A stretch of DNA of 28,882 nucleotides, from the IMG/VR virus record IMGVR_UViG_3300016265_001368, positions 1 to 28,882 of that record; one strand, 5' to 3'. This DNA is from a virus. Taxonomy: Duplodnaviria; Caudoviricetes. Positions 1 to 8,327 of this stretch are shown in pieces (within the stretch, counting starts at the first letter, position 1; the number at the start of each line of letters is the position of its first letter). Below the pieces are notes generated by a model. It searched no databases. It saw nothing but the letters and a program-made list of their open reading frames with translations, and was not told the origin of the DNA. The translations under genes and the position numbers were made by a program.

Positions 1-659
1 GCAGTAACGGTGACTTTCTCGATTGAGAATGCCATTTCGTTGAAGTCTTCAGCACCAGCTGAACCAAGAGACTCAGAGTTGGCAGTGCTCATGCCATTGC
101 CAACATTATAATCTTGCTGTGAACCACCAGCACTTAAGAGACCTGGGTTTGAACCTGCTTGAGCAGCAGTGGTTCCAAAACCTACGTTACCTTGTACTGT
201 TGGGTCTACGAAATAACCTTCTTGTTGACCCTTTCTTCCAGAGAAAGTGGTATCAACTTCATCAAAGAATGCCTCAGCACCACTTTGATTGTTATAACGT
301 GAACGCATTGCGAAAATAAGTCCAGTAGGACCATTCATTGGTTGAACACCAGCCAGGTCATATGCAACCAGGTTTGGCATTGAACGTCTGATTAATGAAA
401 TCAGAACTGGGTCAAAACCTGCAACAGGACCACCATCAGCAGCACCAGCACTAAATCCTGCTGCTGAAGAAGTTGAACCAGTGTTTACAGTTGGGGTTTC
501 GTAAAGGAACTGACGCTCTTCACGAAGGAATTTTTCTTGATTCTCCAGGAGAACTGCTGTTACCATTCTGCGGTGACTATCCTTAATTGGGTCAAGTCCC
601 TGATAGTCTAAGAGTGGTGCCCACTTCTCCTGCAGATGTTCTGCGTTGAACATTTGCAT
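1..659 (-). CDS. gp23: Major capsid protein gp23, N-terminal part (runs off the left edge; absent from the ORF track)
   Basis: Manual translation from ATG at 659 gives MQMFNAEHLQEKWAPLLD...VTAVLLENQE...VAGFDPVLISLIRRSMPNLVAYDLAGVQPMNGPTGLIFAMRSRY...FNEMAFSIEKVTVTA, the T4-like gp23 signatures. A GAGG Shine-Dalgarno lies upstream, and the gene follows gp22. Confidence 0.98.
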   Translation of the reverse strand, partial: MQMFNAEHLQEKWAPLLDYQGLDPIKDSHRRMVTAVLLENQEKFLREERQFLYETPTVNTGSTSSAAGFSAGAADGGPVAGFDPVLISLIRRSMPNLVAYDLAGVQPMNGPTGLIFAMRSRYNNQSGAEAFFDEVDTTFSGRKGQQEGYFVDPTVQGNVGFGTTAAQAGSNPGLLSAGGSQQDYNVGNGMSTANSESLGSAGAEDFNEMAFSIEKVTVT

Positions 660-714
660 TTGTTTTACCTCTTTTAAAAAACGTTAATTAGTTTGATTTT
701 TTATAATGTAAAAA

Positions 715-1920
715 TCACTTTTTGGAAACTCTGCTAAGTGCATCGAGATAATATGACATAGAACCAGAAACTGGTTGACTATAATCGGTTTCTTCTGCAA
801 TATAATCAGAGTTATCCTTTTGAGTACCAGTGTTTCTTGGGAAATATGATTCCCTCAACGTTACCAGTTTCTCACGATAGTCTGCCTCACTATCAAACTC
901 AACATTTTCAGCAAGAGAAGCGAGTTTATCTTTCTGGGAAATCGCAAGACCCTCAGAAACTTCCGCAAAAATTACATCGGCAACAGACTCTGCTAATCTT
1001 CTATTAAGAGCAACATTTTTTTCAATTTGCTCGTTGAGTTTTGTCTCCATTTCATCAAGTTTATCTACCATACTCTCAAGTACATCATATCTATCTTCAG
1101 GGATTGTTACATAATGTTCTTCAAAAAGACCCTTCATTCCTTGAAGGAATGATTCGGTCATTTCATTTTTAATGCCGGTTTCTATAGAGAGTGCATTTTC
1201 AGCAATCCACTCATCAGAAACATACTCTAAATAAGAATCAATTCTTTCTTCGAGTGCTTCTTTAATTTCTTCTACTTCTTCTGCAAGTTTTTGCTCATAG
1301 GTATGAATAATTGCTTCTTCAATTTGAGCAGTTCTAGCATTTAAAGCAGCTTCAAATACTGTTTTTGCTTTTAATTTAAATTCTTCGGAGAGATCATCCT
1401 CTGAAAGAAGAGCACTTACATCTTCCTCGATTTCTTCTTCAACTTGAGCAAAAGCCTCTTTCATTGCCTTGGTTTTTTCATCTTCATCATCATCACCTTC
1501 TTCATCATCACCTTCTTCATCATCATCACCTTCTTCATCATCTTCCTTTGAAGATTTTGCTGCTTCATCAAGTTCTTCTTCAGTCTCTTCTTCAATCAGA
1601 TCTTCATCTTCCAGATCTTCATCTTCCTTGATGGCATCTGACTTCTTCAGACCTTTCATTGATTCGGCAGCCTTAGCACCCTTATTCACAACATCTTTAA
1701 CAGACTTAAGTGAAGGTTCTTTTAACTTTGCTGAATTGTCATCAGGCTTATAGTTTTCTGGAGTAGGACCACCAAGATCTTCCCAATTACCAGTTTGACC
1801 ATCAGGAATACCTGTAGTCAAATGCTGCATTGGTTCTGCTGATTTTGCACCTGCATTTACTGCAGTTCTAGATTGTTTAGTTCCTGTTTCCATTTCTTGT
1901 AAATTTTTACCACGGGACAT
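715..1920 (-). CDS. gp22: Prohead core scaffolding protein gp22
   Basis: Very acidic coiled-coil protein with WEDLGGPTPENYKPDDNSAKL, LSEEFKLKAKTVFEAA and YLEYVSDEW motifs; lies between gp21 and gp23. Confidence 0.95.
   Translation of the reverse strand: MSRGKNLQEMETGTKQSRTAVNAGAKSAEPMQHLTTGIPDGQTGNWEDLGGPTPENYKPDDNSAKLKEPSLKSVKDVVNKGAKAAESMKGLKKSDAIKEDEDLEDEDLIEEETEEELDEAAKSSKEDDEEGDDDEEGDDEEGDDDEDEKTKAMKEAFAQVEEEIEEDVSALLSEDDLSEEFKLKAKTVFEAALNARTAQIEEAIIHTYEQKLAEEVEEIKEALEERIDSYLEYVSDEWIAENALSIETGIKNEMTESFLQGMKGLFEEHYVTIPEDRYDVLESMVDKLDEMETKLNEQIEKNVALNRRLAESVADVIFAEVSEGLAISQKDKLASLAENVEFDSEADYREKLVTLRESYFPRNTGTQKDNSDYIAEETDYSQPVSGSMSYYLDALSRVSKK
1484..1543. repeat. Tandem 15/18-bp repeat TCATCA(TCA)TCACCTTCT, about 3.5 copies, encoding (D)DDEEG in gp22
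   Basis: Units read directly at 1484-1501, 1502-1516 and 1517-1534, with a partial unit at 1535-1543. Confidence 0.9.
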
Positions 1921-1958
1921 TTGATCTCTCCGATTAACCTATATGTTTAATCTATATT

Positions 1959-1966
1959 TATTTATA
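1959..1966 (-). promoter_or_regulatory. T4-type late promoter TATAAATA for gp22-gp23
   Basis: Exact gp55 consensus in the gp21-gp22 gap; a GGAGAG Shine-Dalgarno precedes the gp22 ATG. Confidence 0.85.
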
Positions 1967-1968
1967 AA

Positions 1969-2619
1969 TTACAAATTTGATAAAAACTGTTGAAATAGAG
2001 AAATTTTATTCTCATCAAGTCTTTTTTCATCTACTAGAGTATTTATTCTTCTCTTAATTTTTGATACATTCTGCTCTCTTAAAACACCACCATCCCAAAC
2101 CCATTCTTTTCCTTCCATAATTCCATGGACAAATGCATCAGGAGCAGATGGATCGGCAACGATATCTGCAGCAGTAGCAAGCATAAAGTCTTCACCAACA
2201 AGGGAATAACCTTCATTTGTTGGTATTAAAGAACCAACACCACGAGAAGAAACACCAAGAGAAACACCTTCACCCAAAAGTGAAGATGCAATTTTACCCA
2301 TTGGAGTTTCGAGAATTTTTGCTTTGCCAATAAAATTATCACCATCTCTATAAAGTTCACAAATTTTATGTGAAACCCTATCGAGATTTACAGTTGGCCC
2401 ATCTGGATGTCCAAGTTCCCCAAGAGCACGACCTTTTTGAATGAAATTTTCATTATATCTTTTAACCTCTCTTTCGAGAGTTCTCATTTCATAAAGTCTC
2501 TTGTTTCTATTTGGTTTGTTTGCTTGGAGAAAAATTCCCTCAATAAAAAGGGATTTTTTGCCATTTTTTTCTTCGGTAATTACTTTTACCTTTTCGATTT
2601 CTTCTGTGATTAATTTCAT
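1969..2619 (-). CDS. gp21: Prohead core protease gp21
   Basis: MKLITEE start, GELGHP, GVSSRG(V)GS and ADIVADPSAPDAFV catalytic-region motifs. Confidence 0.97.
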   Translation of the reverse strand: MKLITEEIEKVKVITEEKNGKKSLFIEGIFLQANKPNRNKRLYEMRTLEREVKRYNENFIQKGRALGELGHPDGPTVNLDRVSHKICELYRDGDNFIGKAKILETPMGKIASSLLGEGVSLGVSSRGVGSLIPTNEGYSLVGEDFMLATAADIVADPSAPDAFVHGIMEGKEWVWDGGVLREQNVSKIKRRINTLVDEKRLDENKISLFQQFLSNL

Positions 2620-2620
2620 T

Positions 2621-3244
2621 TTATCCGCCTGAAATTTGAACTTCTGTTATGTGTAAATTGACAGGATTTCCGTCTGCTTTCACCCCAACTTTTACAACTC
2701 TTCTGATTTCTGATGGATATGCTAAATTTCCCTCAAGGGTATGACCAATTGCTGGAATCATACCTTCAGGTAAATAATAGTCGGGAGACCAAACAGGAAT
2801 ATCATTAAAAGAAGAACTGTCTAAATCAACTTCAATCTTTCTACTGTATCCACCCATGTTATGATGGACATTATCAACAGAAAGAACTCTAGAAAAATTG
2901 GTTACAATGCCAGTAGTATTAATACCAATAATTTCTACATAATCACCGGCATTAAATTGTGAAAAAGTTCCCTCGGGAAAAATTAAATTAGTTGTTGCTC
3001 CTGTTTGTACACCTACTACTTTTTGAGATATTACAGTTTCTTTAATTAAAACTGAATCCCCAGCACTTACCCATAAACTAGAAGTTGATAAACTTGGAGC
3101 ATAGTCAACATCTATGTAAGCATTTTGATCTGGGGAAATTCTCAAATAACCAGATTTTAATGGAATTGGAGCACTAGTAGAAATTCCAGAACTGGTAGCA
3201 ACGGAAACTGTCTCAATATTTTGTACAATTTTAAGTGCAGACAT
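2621..3244 (-). CDS. Conserved cyanomyovirus protein between gp20 and gp21 (probable virion or head-associated protein)
   Basis: 207-aa beta-rich ORF ending LHITEVQISGG, at a position typical of cyanomyoviruses, with its own late-promoter-like box. Confidence 0.7.
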   Translation of the reverse strand: MSALKIVQNIETVSVATSSGISTSAPIPLKSGYLRISPDQNAYIDVDYAPSLSTSSLWVSAGDSVLIKETVISQKVVGVQTGATTNLIFPEGTFSQFNAGDYVEIIGINTTGIVTNFSRVLSVDNVHHNMGGYSRKIEVDLDSSSFNDIPVWSPDYYLPEGMIPAIGHTLEGNLAYPSEIRRVVKVGVKADGNPVNLHITEVQISGG

Positions 3245-3267
3245 TTTATTGATATTACTATATTAGT

Positions 3268-3275
3268 TATTTATC
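3268..3275 (-). promoter_or_regulatory. Late promoter variant GATAAATA
   Basis: NATAAATA box about 24 nt upstream of the ATG at 3244. Confidence 0.65.
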
Positions 3276-3302
3276 AATAAGTAAAATCATAAGTGATTGA
3301 AA

Positions 3303-3464
3303 TCACTCTTCTGCAGATAAAATTGAATTAAACATAGATGCAGATACTTCTGGTCTTATTTGTTCAATTTTTTCAGTTGCTTTTGAATAAAGTATTTCCT
3401 TTATCTTATCACTTATATCAGACGGTGATTCGTCCGATGCAATTAAATCTAATAAATTACTCAT
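3303..3464 (-). CDS. 53-aa conserved small protein downstream of the portal gene (gp67-position prohead core candidate); absent from the ORF track
   Basis: Translates as MSNLLDLIASDESPSDISDKIKEILYSKATEKIEQIRPEVSASMFNSILSAEE*. It fills the gap after gp20, has its own TATAAATA promoter, and resembles the small helical ORF that follows gp20 in cyanomyoviruses. Confidence 0.85.
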   Translation of the reverse strand: MSNLLDLIASDESPSDISDKIKEILYSKATEKIEQIRPEVSASMFNSILSAEE

Positions 3465-3489
3465 GGTTATTTTAGTTAAAACTTAAATT

Positions 3490-3497
3490 TATTTATA
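3490..3497 (-). promoter_or_regulatory. Late promoter TATAAATA overlapping the gp20 stop codon
   Basis: Exact consensus; contains the gp20 TAA (3493-3495). Confidence 0.8.
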
Positions 3498-5163
3498 TTT
3501 GTCCTTGTTCTGGTGGCAATTCCATTCCAGTTTGAGGACCAGTAATGGTTGGTTCTTGAGGCATCGCACCTAAAGCATTCATATCTTGCCCCTGAGAAGC
3601 AGCATCTGGTTGCATCATTGCAGAAGGATCTGGAATTATTCCTTTCTTAATTTCTTTTTCTATTTGATTGTCAATGTCTTTAATTTCAGAGTCAGATTGA
3701 CTAAGTATATTTTTCCTTACATATTCTACAGAAAAATATCTTCCCAAATAGGGTTCCATTGCGGCAACAACACCCAACTTATCGTTCATCAATTCATTTT
3801 TCTTCAAATCTGAAAAATGATTATCATAAACATAATCATACTGAATGTGGTCACTTAGTGTTTCCCAATCTTCTGGTGATACTATATTTTTTAGTATCAA
3901 TTGGGTTTTTAGCATATCATTGAATATTTGAGAAAATCTTTTTCTCAAACGACCAACAAATCTCGTAAATTTTAATTCATCTCTTAAAATTTCAGATGAA
4001 CGACCAAGATTAAATCCACCACCACTATCCAATCTTGTTGATGGAACACCTAATGACTTATAAAGTTTCTTTTGAAAATATTCAATATCAGAAAGTTCTC
4101 CAAGATTTTGTCCACCTGGAAGAGTTGTGATTTCTGTGCCACGTCCACCCTCTCTTCTAGGTAACCAAAAGTCCTCAAGCATTGCCATATACTTTCTATC
4201 ATCACGAATTTCACCAGTATTTGCATCATATACTAGTTTATTTCTATAACGATTCATCACATCACGAAGATATTGCTCAGCTTTGATTTTAGGTAAATTA
4301 CCCACATCAATGTAAAAAATACGACGTTCTGGTGCTCTTGATAGTCTATAAATTACAAGACTATCCTCAATCATTCTTAATTGATTGAGAGACTTAATTG
4401 CCTTATGTAAATATGAAAGAACTGTTTGCTTATTTCTATCTACTAAACCAGAAGTTACATAAGTAATAGAATCTTTTGATATTCTTACATTATTAATATC
4501 TGAATTTCTAAATGTAGTATTTTGAGATGTTCCTATATTAGGGTCATACAAATAAAACTCATCTATTTCTGGGGAAACAAAATTTTCATAAGCACCCTCT
4601 TTGTTAACTACACTTCTAAATTCTGCTGAAAGTGTAGATTTTTGATTTTTCTTTAATTTTCTTACATGCTTTATTTTTAAGGGGTCAATATATCTAATTT
4701 CTTTTATTCCATCTGATGGTTTACTTATATCTATTACTTTATGATAGTAAATTCTTCCATCGACATACCAATTTCTGAATATTTCGTGACATTTTTTGTC
4801 AAAATCCATCACTTCTTTAATATATCTAAATTCCTGTCTGATAGCATCCTTCAACTTATCAGATGCAGGTAAATTAGATAATTCTATTTCTACAGGAGAA
4901 TCATTTAAATCTGATACTATTGCTTCGTTAACAACATCCTCAATAGCACTGTCGCACTCAGGATGAAGAGACATTTCACGATATCTTCTAATTAAATCGT
5001 GTTCTGTTTTGTAAACACCTTCAATATCTACATACTGTCCATAAAAGCCACTAGAAATATAAAAATCCGATTTATCTTCGGAATTCTGTGGAATAGGGGA
5101 GACAATTTTAGAATTCTTGTCTCCCCCTTTTTCATTAATTTTAAAACCAAATAATCTAGCCAT
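3493..5163 (-). CDS. gp20: Portal vertex protein gp20
   Basis: MARLFGF start, IYRLSRAPERRIFYIDVGNLPK, EDFWLPRREGGRGTEITTLPGGQNLG motifs. Confidence 0.98.
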   Translation of the reverse strand: MARLFGFKINEKGGDKNSKIVSPIPQNSEDKSDFYISSGFYGQYVDIEGVYKTEHDLIRRYREMSLHPECDSAIEDVVNEAIVSDLNDSPVEIELSNLPASDKLKDAIRQEFRYIKEVMDFDKKCHEIFRNWYVDGRIYYHKVIDISKPSDGIKEIRYIDPLKIKHVRKLKKNQKSTLSAEFRSVVNKEGAYENFVSPEIDEFYLYDPNIGTSQNTTFRNSDINNVRISKDSITYVTSGLVDRNKQTVLSYLHKAIKSLNQLRMIEDSLVIYRLSRAPERRIFYIDVGNLPKIKAEQYLRDVMNRYRNKLVYDANTGEIRDDRKYMAMLEDFWLPRREGGRGTEITTLPGGQNLGELSDIEYFQKKLYKSLGVPSTRLDSGGGFNLGRSSEILRDELKFTRFVGRLRKRFSQIFNDMLKTQLILKNIVSPEDWETLSDHIQYDYVYDNHFSDLKKNELMNDKLGVVAAMEPYLGRYFSVEYVRKNILSQSDSEIKDIDNQIEKEIKKGIIPDPSAMMQPDAASQGQDMNALGAMPQEPTITGPQTGMELPPEQGQI

Positions 5164-5185
5164 CAGTTAATATACTTCTTTCTAT

Positions 5186-5193
5186 TATTTAGA
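5186..5193 (-). promoter_or_regulatory. Late promoter variant TCTAAATA overlapping the gp19 stop codon
   Basis: CTAAATA box about 22 nt upstream of the gp20 ATG. Confidence 0.6.
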
Positions 5194-5830
5194 TAGTCTC
5201 ACTTGTTCCTAAAATTGGATTTCCATCAGCATCAAATGTATCCCACCAATGTACCTGTAAATCAACAGTAAATTCTTCAATTGTATCTGCCGAATCGTAA
5301 CTAAGATCGATAGCACTTACTGAAGTTGGGAAACAACCATAAAACTTATAAGATTTTAAAACTTTTATGGGACTATCAGTTGCTGGAAGAGTTGCACCAT
5401 TGGCACCATTCTGATTTTCTCTTCCTCTACTGAGTTGATAAACATACATTTCTCTTTGATATGATACAGGTGTAATAACACCAGCATTATCATCATGTCT
5501 ATTGATATAATTCATCCATCTCTCAAAAGCATTTCTAATTCTGAAATTAGTATCATTAATAACAGTGATTGTCCAAGGATCAAAGGTTCTGTCACCAGCA
5601 ACTTTTAGATTTCTTCCCCTAAATGGAACATCTATAACGTTAATAGTTGATGCAGGTAAAGATGCTGCTTTAATCATAAAACGCATATCCTCAGAAAGGA
5701 CAGCATCTTGCGTAATAAAGTCTGGGAAATTAATTTCACATTCAAAAAGATTTGGCCTTGCTCCACCACCAACAAGTTTAGATTTAAAATCACTAATAGT
5801 TCTAGATGAGTAAGTTTCGTTAAATGCCAT
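5189..5830 (-). CDS. gp19: Tail tube protein gp19
   Basis: GGARPNLF, VPFRGRNLKVAGDRTFDPWTITVIND and IEEFTV motifs; strong AAGGAG Shine-Dalgarno. Confidence 0.97.
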   Translation of the reverse strand: MAFNETYSSRTISDFKSKLVGGGARPNLFECEINFPDFITQDAVLSEDMRFMIKAASLPASTINVIDVPFRGRNLKVAGDRTFDPWTITVINDTNFRIRNAFERWMNYINRHDDNAGVITPVSYQREMYVYQLSRGRENQNGANGATLPATDSPIKVLKSYKFYGCFPTSVSAIDLSYDSADTIEEFTVDLQVHWWDTFDADGNPILGTSETI

Positions 5831-5850
5831 TTTTAAACTCCTTTAGTAAA

Positions 5851-8262
5851 TTAAACTGTTCCTACAACTTCAGAGAAGCTAACTCCAGTACGAGTAGCAA
5901 CGAATGTAAGACCGATATAATTAATTGATCTTGCTGGTTTGACAAATATATCAGCTTTAAATTGATTGGAATCAATTACATCTGGAGTATTATTTGTCTC
6001 ATCACAAATAACAACAAACTCAGTAATTCCTCTCTTTGCTTTTACATCACGTAAATAGGGTTCGACAATATTGATAAAATTACTTCTTGTAATAGTGTCA
6101 TTGAACTCAAATAACTGTGATCTTGCTGCTCTTTCAATTGTTGATTCCAATGTTAAGAATAAACGACGAACATTGATTCTATCAAAGGCAGAAGGATAAG
6201 ATAGAGCAGTCTTATCACCAAATAGAATAAATCCAGCACCAGAATTTGCAATAATTGGATTAATTCTATTTGTGTAAAGTTCATCTCTTTGAGATTGAGA
6301 TGGGTTGTATGCGAGTTTAATCACATTATTTAAGGAACCTCTAGAACTACCTGCTGGTGAGAACCATGGATAGTTATTAGAACTAGTTCTACACATTAAA
6401 CCAGCAACATCAGAGTTGCATGGGAGATATAAGAATGTGTTATTGAAACGATCATATGTATATTTGTATCCAGAATCAAATACAGCATATGATGAAGATG
6501 TAATTGGTGAGAAGAAATCTACAATATTTTCAGTTTGAGAAGCACTAGTAAATTCACCAATCACTGCTGTTCTGTGGGGAGAAATTACTGCGATGCAATC
6601 TTTTCTATCTTCTGCAATAGAAATTAAAGAATTTGCCTTATCTTGTGATTCGTACAAATTACTTGCAGAAGGTCCACAAATTAAATAATTAACAGAGTAT
6701 TCTGCGGGATTTCTTAAAATTTCATAAGCAGATTTAATGGATCCAAATGGAGCATTGTATCCACCAACATTTGATGTGCCACTGTAGTCTTTTCCACCAG
6801 AAAGTGTGTATGTTTTTCTTCCTACAACATCAAAAATTACTCCCTGAGTTGGTCTATCCCAAGTTCCACTCGTTAAAGAATATTGAGATACTGCTGAACC
6901 CACTACGATGTTTCCAAACGAACCAGATTGAGATTCACCAACAAAAATATATTCAGAGTTATTTGCAATATAATCTTTATAATATACAGATTCTGATGGT
7001 GAAACTCGACCATCTAATGATTTGGACAGTTTTGAAAATTTCTCAACCACATTTGCTGGAGTACCTGTAATGCTTCCATCATCATCAACGACAACAACAT
7101 TAATTTCATCATATTTTGAATTTCTTTCTAATGCATATTGAGATGTTCCTGGTCTTTCAGAAACATTTTTCCAGTAAATTGTTTGATTTTCCAATCCTAA
7201 TGTTTGCTCATTATACCAATCTTTAATATTGGTTGAAACTACAGATGTTATCGCAACACCAGTATTGGTTGAAAAATTTAATGAAACATTTCTAGAAGTG
7301 TCAAAAGAATAAACATTCAAAGATGTATTAGCATTTCCTGGATTTTTGTAATCTGTTGGTGTGGAAACACCATTATTACCAACTGTATCCGTAATGCGAA
7401 CATAAACTTCGTTTTGGCCAATGCCTGTTACAACACCTCTTAAATATCCTGTAGCTGGTTGTGCGGATGGAGTATTTTTTCCAACTAGTGTCTGGGTAAC
7501 AGCACAACCAACAGTTACTGCTGCACCAGTTTGAGTAGAAGTTATTGTCCCAAAAGTGAGACTTAAAGACAACTCTGATGAGTTGATTGATGCTGGAGAA
7601 ATAGTTATTGTGGATGAACCAATGCCAGTAATGGTAGAAGAGGAACCAACAATACCAGAAATTGGTTGAATAAATTGACCTATGGCAAGAGTGTCTGTGT
7701 TAATTCCAGTTATTGAAGTAGTTGTTACACCAAGAACAACTCCTGTTTTTGTGACAACTGGTGAAAAAGTATTCACAAAAGTTGCAGCAGTGTTAACACC
7801 AGTAATAATTTGATCCGCAAAATTATCTATAACACAAACTTTTAATTTATTTGCCCAAGAACCAGGGTTTTTTGAAGCATAATACCAACCAGATGGAGTT
7901 AAATTATCATATGCTTCTTTGGAATTTATTTTTATTGAAGTTGGACTTCCAGAAACACCAGCATTGGAATTGATTAATGTTCCACTAACTTCAGAACCAC
8001 TTCTGATAACTCTTAAAGTTCCACCATAGGAAAGATAATTTGAAGCACTCCACCAATATTGATTTTGGTCATCTGCTACTTGTGGATAACCAAAAATTCT
8101 CAGTAAATCTTGTTCGTTTTCAACTAAAACCGGAGTATCAATTGGTCCCTTTTGGAATGGACCAGCAATTGCGCCAACTTGATCATTAATAGTATCAATT
8201 CTTCCAATAGTTAAGTCAACTTCTCTTACTTTGACGCCTGGAGATACTAAATTTAATGCCAT
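5851..8262 (-). CDS. gp18: Tail sheath protein gp18
   Basis: LVSPGVKVREVDLT N-terminus, PWFSPAG, FDRINVRRLF and KPARSINYIGLTFVATRTGVSFSEV C-terminus. Confidence 0.98.
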   Translation of the reverse strand: MALNLVSPGVKVREVDLTIGRIDTINDQVGAIAGPFQKGPIDTPVLVENEQDLLRIFGYPQVADDQNQYWWSASNYLSYGGTLRVIRSGSEVSGTLINSNAGVSGSPTSIKINSKEAYDNLTPSGWYYASKNPGSWANKLKVCVIDNFADQIITGVNTAATFVNTFSPVVTKTGVVLGVTTTSITGINTDTLAIGQFIQPISGIVGSSSTITGIGSSTITISPASINSSELSLSLTFGTITSTQTGAAVTVGCAVTQTLVGKNTPSAQPATGYLRGVVTGIGQNEVYVRITDTVGNNGVSTPTDYKNPGNANTSLNVYSFDTSRNVSLNFSTNTGVAITSVVSTNIKDWYNEQTLGLENQTIYWKNVSERPGTSQYALERNSKYDEINVVVVDDDGSITGTPANVVEKFSKLSKSLDGRVSPSESVYYKDYIANNSEYIFVGESQSGSFGNIVVGSAVSQYSLTSGTWDRPTQGVIFDVVGRKTYTLSGGKDYSGTSNVGGYNAPFGSIKSAYEILRNPAEYSVNYLICGPSASNLYESQDKANSLISIAEDRKDCIAVISPHRTAVIGEFTSASQTENIVDFFSPITSSSYAVFDSGYKYTYDRFNNTFLYLPCNSDVAGLMCRTSSNNYPWFSPAGSSRGSLNNVIKLAYNPSQSQRDELYTNRINPIIANSGAGFILFGDKTALSYPSAFDRINVRRLFLTLESTIERAARSQLFEFNDTITRSNFINIVEPYLRDVKAKRGITEFVVICDETNNTPDVIDSNQFKADIFVKPARSINYIGLTFVATRTGVSFSEVVGTV

Positions 8263-8299
8263 CTGCTTTCCCCTTGTAAGAAGTTCATTAGTCTAGAAG

Positions 8300-8307
8300 T
8301 ATTTATA
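8300..8307 (-). promoter_or_regulatory. Late promoter TATAAATA for gp18-gp19
   Basis: Exact consensus in the gp17-gp18 gap. Confidence 0.85.
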
Positions 8308-8327
8308 AATTACCAATTCTATCTCTC

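Noticed and set aside
694-717. AT-rich hairpin (TGATTTTT...AAAAATCA) over the gp22 stop as a readthrough or terminator signal
   Set aside because: The stem is weak and has no U-tract, and gp23 is not in frame with gp22 (55-nt gap). At most it is an mRNA processing or stability element.
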